Shown here piece after piece: positions 55,054-63,675 of a DNA stretch of 64,000 nt. Below the pieces are notes generated by a model. The model searched no databases. It saw nothing but the letters and a program-made list of their open reading frames with translations, and had not been told where the DNA came from. Location of the stretch: NCBI GenBank assembly GCA_963521405.1, contig CAUQUY010000001.1:58938-122937 (forward strand). Direction: 5' to 3'. Position numbers and translations under genes: made by a program. Positions within the stretch are counted from its first letter, which is position 1, and every line of letters begins with the position of its first letter. This stretch comes from an uncultured Streptococcus sp. (GTDB lineage: Bacteria > Bacillota > Bacilli > Lactobacillales > Aerococcaceae).

Positions 55054-56946
55054 TTATCGAATCTCCTGAATAAACGACTCTACATTTTTTGCTTCTAATA
55101 AAAACATCATTTTGTCCGGGGAGTCTAATTGCTTCCCGAGCCATCTTAAGAAGAGTTGCATGAATTCCATATCCTCTTCCTTCAACGCGAGCAAGATGAC
55201 CAGTTTCACTGGGAAATGATTCCACTGAATCGGCTCTCTTAATACCGCGATTGAAATCATCGACCGGTTGCTAGATGGATGCAACGGATGCGGAATCGCA
55301 ATCGAATAATCAAAATCCGTCGAAGAGAGACTTTCGCGTTTCATGACCGAGTCTAAAAAGTCTTCTGTCACAATGCCCGCTTCTTCTAAGCGGGAACCCA
55401 TTTGCATTAGGATTTCTTCTCGGCTAGTAGCCTCTACGTCTGCATAGAAGAAATCTTCATCCATTAACTGACCAATTTGCGTATGAATCGTTTCACTCAT
55501 CTTCTGCGTTTCTAACGTATTCATCACTCGAATCAGTTGAATCTCGTCTTGCGTATTAAAAAATAGTCCTAATCGAACGACCGGAATCGTAACTGGTGGT
55601 TCCTTTTGCTCGAAGGTGATGAGTAAATCGGCCTCGTAAAACTCCGTCACACCTGTAGTGAATGTCGCTTCCTCTGCTACAAAATCCAAGCGATGTTGGA
55701 ACTGCTCTTTCAATCGTTCCACACTTCCAGCAATCAATGGATATTGCGTATTGGCGATAAGGACCGCGCTTAGTTTCGCGTTTGTCGCTCCTTGCATATA
55801 CGCTGCTCCAATATGCAGTGCCAAAAATCCAATTTCCTCTTCGGTAATTTGGCATTGCAGCTCGTTCATCAAATACTGACTCACGGAAACGGCCGTATCA
55901 AACACTAGCGGATATTGTCGTTTAAAGGTTTGCACATAATGATTAGGTAGGCTTAAGTTCATCTGCACTCGTTCGAGTAAGCCTTGCAAGTGCAACTGGA
56001 ATCGCACCTTGAATTCCTTTTGATCCACAAACGAGATGCCCATCCACTGGAAGAGTCGTTCATCAATCGAGTTGGTTAGTTCTTCTAGTCGGATCGTTTT
56101 TCCTTTGAAATGAACTTCTGATTGAAAGGCATTTGAATTATGATACGCCTTTAAGAGTTTTGCATAGGAAAGAATTTCTCCTTCCGAAATCTCTTTATCG
56201 CCTAGAATTTCTTTAAAAATCGAACGAACAATCGTAGCTTCAACCTCTAAATCAAGGCCTTCTGCACTGCCTTCTTGTACCGTTTGTCCTAGTTTTACTC
56301 GTTGCAACACCAGGCCTAAATGTAACAATAGAAACGGCATGAGCGTTTTACGAATCGAATAGCGATATTCTTTTAATTTCGCCCAAATAATCGCCTCTAA
56401 TTGCTCCATATCCAACTCCGGATACACATTCATGAGCTCTGAGCTATTCAAGAAGTCTTCGTTTAATTCTTTTTTCAGTAGTTCCCTGTATAATTTTCGC
56501 TTGCTGGCTTCTGGCCCTTCTAATACAAGCGCCCCATTCTTCGTCACGAGTTCCAGACCATCGTATTCTTCCAATTGTTGTTGGACACGAATGCGGTCTA
56601 TATCAAACGTTTTAGCGCTTACAAAACATTGTTCACAAAAAGCTTCTATGGAAACGCCCTCCCCATTGAACAGGAGTTGCTTCAGCAAGTTGGCGCTTCT
56701 TTCTGCGCTATCTTGTGGCGCTCTTAGTAATCCTTCTGGGTCTGCATATCGATTTTGTTGGAAAGCCACGAGGTGATATCCTTTTTGACGATCCGCTTGA
56801 ATGATATGCGGCATTTCTCGATTAATTTGTTCGATATCGGAACGCACTGTTCTTGCGCTGACGCCGAGGCAGGAAGCTAATTCGCGTCCTTTGATCCATT
56901 CTTGGCGTGCAAGTAAGTGCAACAGTTGTTGGTGTCGTTGCTTCAT
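55054..56946 (-). CDS. PRD-domain transcriptional activator (HTH - PRD - PRD - EIIB-like - EIIA(Mtl)-like; LicR/MtlR class)
   Basis: ORF track 55054..56961, trimmed to MKQRHQQLLHLL at 56946 (GGAGGG RBS). N-terminal HTH (GRELASCLGVSARTVRSDI) and a C-terminal EIIA-type His context IAIPHP. Confidence 0.85.
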   Translation of the reverse strand: MKQRHQQLLHLLARQEWIKGRELASCLGVSARTVRSDIEQINREMPHIIQADRQKGYHLVAFQQNRYADPEGLLRAPQDSAERSANLLKQLLFNGEGVSIEAFCEQCFVSAKTFDIDRIRVQQQLEEYDGLELVTKNGALVLEGPEASKRKLYRELLKKELNEDFLNSSELMNVYPELDMEQLEAIIWAKLKEYRYSIRKTLMPFLLLHLGLVLQRVKLGQTVQEGSAEGLDLEVEATIVRSIFKEILGDKEISEGEILSYAKLLKAYHNSNAFQSEVHFKGKTIRLEELTNSIDERLFQWMGISFVDQKEFKVRFQLHLQGLLERVQMNLSLPNHYVQTFKRQYPLVFDTAVSVSQYLMNELQCQITEEEIGFLALHIGAAYMQGATNAKLSAVLIANTQYPLIAGSVERLKEQFQHRLDFVAEEATFTTGVTEFYEADLLITFEQKEPPVTIPVVRLGLFFNTQDEIQLIRVMNTLETQKMSETIHTQIGQLMDEDFFYADVEATSREEILMQMGSRLEEAGIVTEDFLDSVMKRESLSSTDFDYSIAIPHPLHPSSNRSMISIAVLREPIQWNHFPVKLVILLALKEEDMEFMQLFLRWLGKQLDSPDKMMFLLEAKNVESFIQEIR

Positions 56947-57106
56947 AAAACATCCCTCCACCCTAATTTGACTATAGCAGATTCTTTGATTCCATTATAC
57001 CTAAAATCTTTTCCTATTGTTAGGCAATTTTTAGTACCTTTTTGAAACATTTCGTAATTTTTCTTACTTTTTGACCGAATTTGGATGATTGGTGTGCTAA
57101 GAAAGA

Positions 57107-57299
57107 AAAAGATGTCTCTTCGATTGAAAAGTTTCTAATAGTAGCTGTAATAGGGCACCGGCTTGAGCCGAAGTCTCAAGCTCTTTCAAGATTCAAACGA
57201 CCTCTAGAAAATGACTTTTCAAGAGGTCGTAATTCACTTTGAATGCTATTCCCTATTACTGCTACTATGGAACTTTTCAACTCTTTCGAGACATCTTTT
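57107..57299. repeat. type-1 long-hairpin intergenic repeat, copy F (inverted relative to copy B)
   Basis: The arms AAAAGATGTCTCTTCGATTGAAAAGTTTCTAATAGTAGCTGTAATAGGG and CCCTATTACTGCTACTATGGAACTTTTCAACTCTTTCGAGACATCTTTT are complementary. The reverse-complemented core is GAATAGCATTCAAAGTGAATTAC-[GACCTCTTGAAAAG..CTAGAGGTC]-GTTTGAATCTTG...CTTGAGAC..GGCTCAAG. Confidence 0.8.
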
Positions 57300-57379
57300 T
57301 CCACTGCGCTATCAAAATTCAGTCAACAAGAAAATTACGAATAATTTCAGTCGGTAGGACCGGAACAACATGGTTCGGT

Positions 57380-57470
57380 GCAGTAATAACGGCACTCCCT
57401 CTAATTCACATTTAATACTATCCCCCATTACTGCTATTATAGAATCCGAAGAACGCTTCGAAATTACATT
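57380..57470. repeat. type-1 repeat, truncated copy G
   Basis: CAGTAATAACGGCAC...AATTCACATT...CCCCATTACTGCTATTATAGAATCCGAAG retains the core motif and one complete arm. Confidence 0.6.
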
Positions 57471-57595
57471 ACCTAAACAATTTCCCTTTAGCACACAACA
57501 GCAAAATGAGTGAATAAGAAAATTACGAATAGTTTCAGCGGTGGGACGGGAAGGACAGGGTGTGTGCTGCGACGGATTGTGCTAAAAATTGGGCA

Positions 57596-57621
57596 ACAAA
57601 AAAGGCACCGAAATCGGTGCC
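57596..57621 (-). terminator. rho-independent terminator of the tRNA pair
   Basis: The reverse strand reads GGCACCGATTTCGGTGCC followed by TTTTTTGTTG. Confidence 0.85.
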
Positions 57622-57628
57622 TGTAGGA

Positions 57629-57700
57629 CTGGGGTAGCTGGATTCGAACCAACGAATGACGGAGTCAAAGTCCGTTGCCTTACCGCTTGGCTATACCCCA
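57629..57700 (-). tRNA. tRNA-Gln (anticodon UUG)
   Basis: The reverse strand reads TGGGGTATAGCCAAGCGGTAAGGCAACGGACTTTGACTCCGTCATTCGTTGGTTCGAATCCAGCTACCCCAG. It folds as a cloverleaf with anticodon loop CTTTGAC and T-loop GGTTCGAATCC. No CCA is encoded. Confidence 0.92.
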
Positions 57701-57701
57701 A

Positions 57702-57785
57702 TGGTGGAGGGGGGCAGATTCGAACTGCCGAACCCGAAGGAGCGGATTTACAGTCCGCCGCGTTTAGCCACTTCGCTACCCCTCC
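57702..57785 (-). tRNA. tRNA-Tyr (anticodon GUA), long variable arm, CCA encoded
   Basis: The reverse strand reads GGAGGGGTAGCGAAGTGGCTAAACGCGGCGGACTGTAAATCCGCTCCTTCGGGTTCGGCAGTTCGAATCTGCCCCCCTCCACCA. Confidence 0.92.
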
Positions 57786-57813
57786 AGCAAATATTAAAAT
57801 TTCGTACTCAGAT

Positions 57814-57842
57814 ATCTTACAATAGTTTGAAATAGAATGCAA
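57814..57842 (-). promoter_or_regulatory. putative sigma-A promoter of the tRNA-Tyr/tRNA-Gln unit
   Basis: The reverse strand carries TTGCAT (57842-37), a 17-nt spacer and TAAGAT (57819-14), about 30 nt upstream of the tRNA-Tyr 5' end. Confidence 0.55.
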
Positions 57843-57852
57843 GGATTTTACC

Positions 57853-57898
57853 GCAAAAACATAAAGAATCTAGTCAGGTTAGTGGCTAGATTCTTTAT
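57853..57898 (-). terminator. rho-independent terminator of the helicase gene
   Basis: The reverse strand reads ATAAAGAATCTAGCCACTAACCTGACTAGATTCTTTAT followed by GTTTTTG. Confidence 0.8.
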
Positions 57899-57901
57899 GA
57901 G

Positions 57902-60592
57902 TTATTTTAATTTAGAGGTCACTTTCTTCTTCGAGAAGGTGCGCTCTTGTTTATTTCCTAAAGCGTTCAGACGGGCATCTAGGAGAATGTGACGGCCCTC
58001 TACGCTTCGGGTGTAGATGATTTCGTATGAGCCGATGTATTTTTCGATATTAGCGACAAAGACCATGACGTCTTCTTTTCGTTTATCAAACATGCTTGGG
58101 ACGGCAAAATATTTCGTTTGGTCATTGACCCAAGTCGTGGCTCTTAGAATATAGCGCTGGTTCTCGATTGGAGCAAAGAATTCCGATAACGCCTGTGCAA
58201 AAATTTCTTTTTCGCGCAATGTGCCACCCTTTAGATAAGTGGCGGTTTGAATCGAATTCTTATCACCGCGAACGACTCTGGCCTTGCAGTTTTGTGTCTG
58301 CAAATGTCCTGACGCAAGTAAGGCTTTTCGGACGGCTTCGGCAAAGAGTTCGAGGCGTTTATACGGGCTCTTGTATAGGAAATATCTTAACCAGACGATA
58401 TTTAATGCGATAAGCGACAGGATAAACACTGGATATAAGAGTTGGGACGGTCCGTTCGCAAAATCGAGAATAATGTAGACAATCAGTTCCGTCAGTGCGA
58501 TTGCTTGTGCATAGGTTAGAATTTTCCGTGCATCTGTCAGAAGAACGGTTGGCAAGAATGTCTTGTCCACTGCAACTTCATTAGAGACTTCCATGTCTTC
58601 TAGAAGCGGAAGGGATTCATTCCAGCGCTTCTTCAACTTTTCGCGGTTACGCGAGCGTTCGATGGTTTCTTGATTGAGCTTTGTTAAATCCTTCTTCGTA
58701 AACTTAATCGTTCCAAGGTCTAATCGATCTACGCCTGATTCAATCGTGTTTTCATTATAGTGTAATCCTAAGAACTGCTTCATGCGGCGCTGTAATAATT
58801 CCATATCCGGACTATCGATTCCCACAGCAACTTCTTCGTCTTCTTTCTTCTTGAAGAGTTTTTTCTCCGCAAGATTAATCGACACAAGATGCCAAACGCT
58901 ACTTGTCTTCTCTGGATTTTCAGGCCAAATACGAATCGCGCGACCTCGCATCTGATTGCTGAGCATGAAACTTCCGACAAAGCTAGCGAGAATCAATGAG
59001 TTCACACATGGCGCATCCCATCCTTCGCCGAGGAGAGATTTTGTTCCAATCACGACATGAATGTGTCCTTCTTGGAAGAGCTGCGTCACGGCGCTAACTA
59101 AATCATGTTGCGAACCTACTAAACGCACCTTCACATAGTCCTTCTCGCCAAGTTGCCCCACTGGTTGGAAGGTAATCTTGTCCGGGCCAAAAATAGCCTC
59201 TAGACGAGGTTTTACAGCTGTTGGAATAATTACGAGGCTTCCTGTTAAAACGGCCACAGGAACGTCTAATTGCTGCTCCACAAGCTCTCTACGAAGCACT
59301 TCGAAGTACGGTAATACGCCCAGTTGGCTATATTGAACTTCTGGATTTCCTAAGTGCACCTCAAAGTCCTTTCGAATGAAGTCGGTTAGAATCAACTGTC
59401 TCAATTCGCTGCCTAATGTTTCGTATTCCGCCTTGAAAATGTCTCGGACCGCGTTTAATTTTCCAAGAGATTGATTTAACAGTTGGTCGAGTTGTTTATT
59501 GCGAAGTAACTGCACTTGTTTACGGTCAATTAAGCCGATCGATTTCAACTCATGCTTCAATTCTTTACAGTCTTCTTCGGATAAATCATACCAATGCGGC
59601 ACGTCGAATAACATTCCCTGTAAGAGGATTTCAAACCACGCCAAGTCAAATGTTGGAAGCAGGCTTGCCCCCAGTAATTGTTGGAAATGTTTCGGAAACT
59701 CGATGCCTTTATGTCGTAGGAAAATCAGTGTTGCCGAAAGATACTTCGGTTCGTTTAAGAGTTCATCTTCTGAGATCGTTCCATCGAGCGCGCGGCTAGT
59801 TCTTACCGCCTCACAAAACATCGAATCAGACGATAAATTTTTCAAGAAGGCTCTCTTCTGCGTAGAAAACTGATCGAGTTGTTTCTCCTCTTCCTTCGTT
59901 GGGAAAGAGAAATACACATAGTCCTGGTGCGGACATAAACTGCCCTCTTTAACGAGCTCTGGAACAGTAATTTCTTCATCAATTTCCCCACACATGGCCA
60001 CATAACGCTCCCAAAGTGCAGGCTCCCCTTCATATGGAGGTGTTGCCGTCAGCGAAATCACACTGATGTCCGCAAAGGATTTACGGAAGGTTTCTAGACT
60101 CTTCCACCATTCATTTCGCAAGTGATGACACTCATCGAGGCACAATGTTCCAAGATTTGCTTCCTTAAAGAGCTTAATAATATCCACGTCTTTAAAATCA
60201 AAGTGCTCGTTCTCGACCACATCATCCGTATCCTCGACTTCCGCATCGCCCTCCAGACGATTGATGGCACTGTGCAAGGCTTGATACGTCGCAACAGTGA
60301 TGGTTTTTGGCTGCTTCAGATTTTGCGAAATCATTTCATCGGCTAGACTCGCATCATCCAAAAACGCCTCACGAATACGGTCCACCCACTGCTGGCGAAT
60401 CGTCACGGTCGGCACTAAAATAAGCGCTGGATTACTATTGCGACGGATAAATTCAATTCCTAGCGTCGTTTTCCCAGAACCTGGAGCCGCCACCAAATGA
60501 ATATGGCCATCCGCCATAATCGTATCGCTCTTTTCTAAAATGCGCTTTTGGTACTGTCGCCACTCGCCTTTAAAAGCTAGATGCTCTAACAT
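57902..60592 (-). CDS. SF2 (DEAD/DEAH, ResIII-type) helicase with a long inter-lobe insertion and a C-terminal two-TM domain
   Basis: 896 aa. Motif I is AAPGSGKT, motif II LDECHHL, motif III LTATPP, and motifs V-VI are GTKSLLGEGWDAP...QMRGRAIR. Roughly 300 aa lie between the RecA lobes. Two hydrophobic helices (ILTYAQAIALTELIVYIILDF and LLYPVFILSLIALNIVWLRYFL) precede a roughly 170-aa C-terminal domain. Confidence 0.85.
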   Translation of the reverse strand: MLEHLAFKGEWRQYQKRILEKSDTIMADGHIHLVAAPGSGKTTLGIEFIRRNSNPALILVPTVTIRQQWVDRIREAFLDDASLADEMISQNLKQPKTITVATYQALHSAINRLEGDAEVEDTDDVVENEHFDFKDVDIIKLFKEANLGTLCLDECHHLRNEWWKSLETFRKSFADISVISLTATPPYEGEPALWERYVAMCGEIDEEITVPELVKEGSLCPHQDYVYFSFPTKEEEKQLDQFSTQKRAFLKNLSSDSMFCEAVRTSRALDGTISEDELLNEPKYLSATLIFLRHKGIEFPKHFQQLLGASLLPTFDLAWFEILLQGMLFDVPHWYDLSEEDCKELKHELKSIGLIDRKQVQLLRNKQLDQLLNQSLGKLNAVRDIFKAEYETLGSELRQLILTDFIRKDFEVHLGNPEVQYSQLGVLPYFEVLRRELVEQQLDVPVAVLTGSLVIIPTAVKPRLEAIFGPDKITFQPVGQLGEKDYVKVRLVGSQHDLVSAVTQLFQEGHIHVVIGTKSLLGEGWDAPCVNSLILASFVGSFMLSNQMRGRAIRIWPENPEKTSSVWHLVSINLAEKKLFKKKEDEEVAVGIDSPDMELLQRRMKQFLGLHYNENTIESGVDRLDLGTIKFTKKDLTKLNQETIERSRNREKLKKRWNESLPLLEDMEVSNEVAVDKTFLPTVLLTDARKILTYAQAIALTELIVYIILDFANGPSQLLYPVFILSLIALNIVWLRYFLYKSPYKRLELFAEAVRKALLASGHLQTQNCKARVVRGDKNSIQTATYLKGGTLREKEIFAQALSEFFAPIENQRYILRATTWVNDQTKYFAVPSMFDKRKEDVMVFVANIEKYIGSYEIIYTRSVEGRHILLDARLNALGNKQERTFSKKKVTSKLK

Positions 60593-60706
60593 CAGGCTCC
60601 TCCTCTCCCTTCGAATCTTCTCTCTTATTTTATCACTCTTCCCTTATCAATAAAAGAAAGCGTGCCAAGACTTTTAAGTTTCTAAAACTATTTACCTTCT
60701 TAAAGC

Positions 60707-60775
60707 TAAAAAACTCCTAGAGTTGATTACGAAGAATCCACGGATTCGAAGTAATCATTCCACCTCTAGGAGTTT
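60707..60775 (-). terminator. long hairpin terminator after the chorismate mutase gene
   Basis: The reverse strand reads ACTCCTAGAGG...CTCTAGGAGT followed by TTTTTAG. Confidence 0.65.
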
Positions 60776-60780
60776 CATTT

Positions 60781-61047
60781 TTATGCTTCTATTTGTTTTT
60801 GTTGATAGTCCTTTGAAACTTTCATCAAAGTCTCGTACGCTTCTGCCAACTCTTCTTTCAATGTGGCATCTTTCAAGTATGACTGCACCTTGGCAATCAC
60901 TTCTTTCTCGCGACTGGCATCTAAAATCGCGATACCATTTACTTTTTTAATACGAGCGACATCGACAACGACTTGCATGCGGCGTTCAAAGAGCTCCACA
61001 ATCTCGCGGTCGATGGCATCAATTTCTGCGCGTTGTTTTTCTAACAC
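60781..61047 (-). CDS. chorismate mutase (AroQ class, stand-alone)
   Basis: 88 aa. QRAEIDAIDREIVELFERRMQVVVDVARIK is the classic CM_2 helix. Confidence 0.85.
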   Translation of the reverse strand: MLEKQRAEIDAIDREIVELFERRMQVVVDVARIKKVNGIAILDASREKEVIAKVQSYLKDATLKEELAEAYETLMKVSKDYQQKQIEA

Positions 61048-61064
61048 TCGATTTCCTCCTACTG

Positions 61065-62537
61065 TTAAATTCCAAAGAAGACGCCTAATGGGTAGCCTAC
61101 AATAATCGCACTAGCAGCGCTAAGTAGGAATAGGCCTCCTCCGTATACAAAGGCATCTTTTGCATTCGTCCAACCTGAGCCGACCGAAATCGCCACATAC
61201 GGCATGCTTGGTGGTGTCATAAAGGCAAGACTCGCCATGAATCCAATTAAGCAGGCAATCGTTCCCGCTTGGACGTCGACTGAACCTGTCGCATAGACGG
61301 TCGTTAATACGGTTGTGACTACTGATACGGTTACTAAGTTTGAAGAGACATTCGTTTGTAATCCTGCCCAAAGGACGAAGATGATCACGACAAGAATTGG
61401 AGCGAGTGTCGCAAACACCGGTACGAGTGAGCTTTCAAGAAGTCCGATGACTCCTAATTCCGGTTTTGTGACAAGAGTTCCCATGCTTAAAGTGGCGCCT
61501 ACCAAGAACATACTTGGCCAATACACACCTTTTTGAAGCCCTTCTTGAATCGATAAGAGTGGTTTCCCGTCAAAGGACAGAATCGCCATCACGATGACTC
61601 CAATCATCGGTGGAAATGCCATCCCAGCCGTTTTTAGGAAGGCTGCGACGTCTGGTAAGAATCCTCCTACGAGTTCTGGTAGCACCCATAATAAAACGAC
61701 GCCCATGAAGATGAATACTGTCGCGGTTTCGCGTTTTGATTTGGCTGGAAGTGCTTCAAGCGATTCGAGTGGTTTCATTTCCACGTTTGACAAATCCACT
61801 CTCCAAACGGTTCTAAGCACACCCCACATCGAGATAAAGAGCACGAGTCCGGCTGGAATTCCAATCATCATATAGTGCGCGTTGGAAATCGCAATTCCTG
61901 TGGCATTCTTGTAAAGCGCCATAGCCGTCACAGAGAAGACGTGGTTGATTGGCGTCATCGCTGTCCCAATCGCTACTGTTGCAAAAAGTACGATAAGGAG
62001 CACCGAAGCCTGTCTATCGCCTTTTTTCAAACCGAGAACAGCCATGATTTCCTCGTAAATCGGGAAGACGATCATAAAGAGAATCGTCGGCGAAATAAAG
62101 AGGCTAATGGCAAGAACGCTGGCGTAAAAAGCCCCGATAAAATGCCATGGAGACTTTCCTGCAAAGGAGCTGCCGAGTGCACGCGCGACGAAACGTCTAA
62201 GTGCAGGCGTTTGTTCCAAAGCGTAAGTCATTAAGAATGTAAATAATAGGAAGACAAAGGTTGTATTCCCAAACGACAGGCTAAAAATCTGTCCATAGTT
62301 GACGCCTGGAAGCATCCCGATTCCTAACATCACATAGCAGAGAACGCTTGGCCAGTCCGTTGCGACAAAGAGCCAAAGTAATAGACTGCTAAAGAAGATG
62401 GATAGGATGGAAATTGTTGGTGCTTCAAGCCCAAATAATGATTGTTGTGTAATGGTTAAAAATCCGCTCGTTCCCATGAGAACAGAGCTGAGTGCAACGA
62501 TGGATAGTTGCAACTTGGTCCATGTTTTTCCTTTCAT
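61065..62537 (-). CDS. anion permease (DASS/SLC13 - ArsB/NhaD superfamily)
   Basis: 490 aa, about 12 or more TM segments. Duplicated hairpin-like motifs (GTAMTPINHVF and FMTPPSMPYVA) are typical of the ion-transporter superfamily. Confidence 0.6.
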   Translation of the reverse strand: MKGKTWTKLQLSIVALSSVLMGTSGFLTITQQSLFGLEAPTISILSIFFSSLLLWLFVATDWPSVLCYVMLGIGMLPGVNYGQIFSLSFGNTTFVFLLFTFLMTYALEQTPALRRFVARALGSSFAGKSPWHFIGAFYASVLAISLFISPTILFMIVFPIYEEIMAVLGLKKGDRQASVLLIVLFATVAIGTAMTPINHVFSVTAMALYKNATGIAISNAHYMMIGIPAGLVLFISMWGVLRTVWRVDLSNVEMKPLESLEALPAKSKRETATVFIFMGVVLLWVLPELVGGFLPDVAAFLKTAGMAFPPMIGVIVMAILSFDGKPLLSIQEGLQKGVYWPSMFLVGATLSMGTLVTKPELGVIGLLESSLVPVFATLAPILVVIIFVLWAGLQTNVSSNLVTVSVVTTVLTTVYATGSVDVQAGTIACLIGFMASLAFMTPPSMPYVAISVGSGWTNAKDAFVYGGGLFLLSAASAIIVGYPLGVFFGI

Positions 62538-62689
62538 TGGTTCACCTCATTCTTATCTATCCTACCTCATTTTTTAGCAGATTGCTATTGGAAATAAAGA
62601 GTTTCTGCAAATTTATAAGCAGTTTTCTACTATTATATAGAAGAAATTTTCCTCAAAACAAAAAGCCGGGCACGAAGCCCGACTCTGGA

Positions 62690-63307
62690 TTAATGTTCTA
62701 ATTTTAAGGTTTGCGCTAAACGTTTGTACATTAACATCGCAAGTACGCTATTTAGGCCGAACTTCACGATATTAAATGGAAGTAATGCGAATGCCATTAA
62801 TGATCCTAAGTCTGTTACCAATGGGTTTAATGCATGTGCTGCGGCAACGATTTTTTCCATTGGGAAGTTCATCGCTGTTGCATAAAGTGGGAACATCACG
62901 AAGTAGTTCGCTGTCAGTAACACCACTGTCGCTGAAATCGTACCGATGACTAAGCTGATTACCGCTGATTTGAAATTACGGCGACGTTGATAGTAAAGCA
63001 CTGCTGGTAACATAAAGCTTAAGCTACCGATTAAGTTCACTGTCTCTCCGATTCCAAAGGTCATTGATCCATTATAGAAGAAGTTTAGCAATACTTTAAT
63101 GAGCGCAATCAAGCTTCCGTGCAATGGTCCAAGAAGATATCCACCCAGCAATACTGGTAAATCCGAGAAGTCGAGCTTCACGAATGTTGGGATAAACGGT
63201 ACGTTGAATGACAACAGCATTAACACGGTACTAATCGCACCAAAAACTCCTACTAGAACAATTTTTTTAGCCGATGTTCTGTTCGACTTTCTTACATTTG
63301 TACTCAT
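62690..63307 (-). CDS. ribU: riboflavin ECF transporter S component
   Basis: ORF track 62690..63343, trimmed to MSTNVRKSN at 63307 (GAAGGAGG RBS). Multi-TM S component preceded by an FMN riboswitch. Confidence 0.8.
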   Translation of the reverse strand: MSTNVRKSNRTSAKKIVLVGVFGAISTVLMLLSFNVPFIPTFVKLDFSDLPVLLGGYLLGPLHGSLIALIKVLLNFFYNGSMTFGIGETVNLIGSLSFMLPAVLYYQRRRNFKSAVISLVIGTISATVVLLTANYFVMFPLYATAMNFPMEKIVAAAHALNPLVTDLGSLMAFALLPFNIVKFGLNSVLAMLMYKRLAQTLKLEH

Positions 63308-63362
63308 GGTACGTCCTCCTTCATAGGGCGAAGGAAATTGCACTGTTTCTCAGTTTCAAAGA

Positions 63363-63399
63363 AAAAAGCAGCATTGAAATGGACCTTTCAATACTGCTC
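63363..63399 (-). terminator. terminator hairpin forming the FMN riboswitch expression platform
   Basis: The reverse strand reads GAGCAGTATTGAAAGGTCCATTTCAATGCTGC followed by TTTTTTC. It lies between the aptamer and the ribU RBS. Confidence 0.75.
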
Positions 63400-63427
63400 G
63401 TCAAATAGACTTGTTGAAATAGTGCCA

Positions 63428-63533
63428 TTTTCTCACATCTAGACTATACTATCGGTTCTGGAATTGCACCAGATCATGCCAATCGGCTCGTGGACTATAC
63501 CACCGGTCAGGAATTTCACCTTGCCCCGAAAAT
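63428..63533 (-). promoter_or_regulatory. FMN riboswitch (RFN element)
   Basis: The reverse strand reads UUUCGGGGCAAGGUGAAAUUCCUGACCGGUGGUAUAGUCCACGAGCCGAUUGGCAUGAUCUGGUGCAAUUCCAGAACCGAUAGUAUAGUCUAGAUGUGAGAAA. It matches the conserved RFN blocks (GGGGCAGGGUGAAAUUCC, ACCGGCGGUA, GGUG.AAUUCC, GCCGACAGUAUAGUCUGGAUG.GAGA). Confidence 0.9.
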
Positions 63534-63675
63534 GTTATTTATGTTTGTATTGTAGCACCTCACCACCACTTAGGCAATCTCTCTGCCTCAAAAAGGTGAT
63601 TTTATGCTGTTTCTCTAATAAAAAAACTTGGATGACGTTTATTATCATCCAAGTCCTGCTATTTGATTGATAAAA

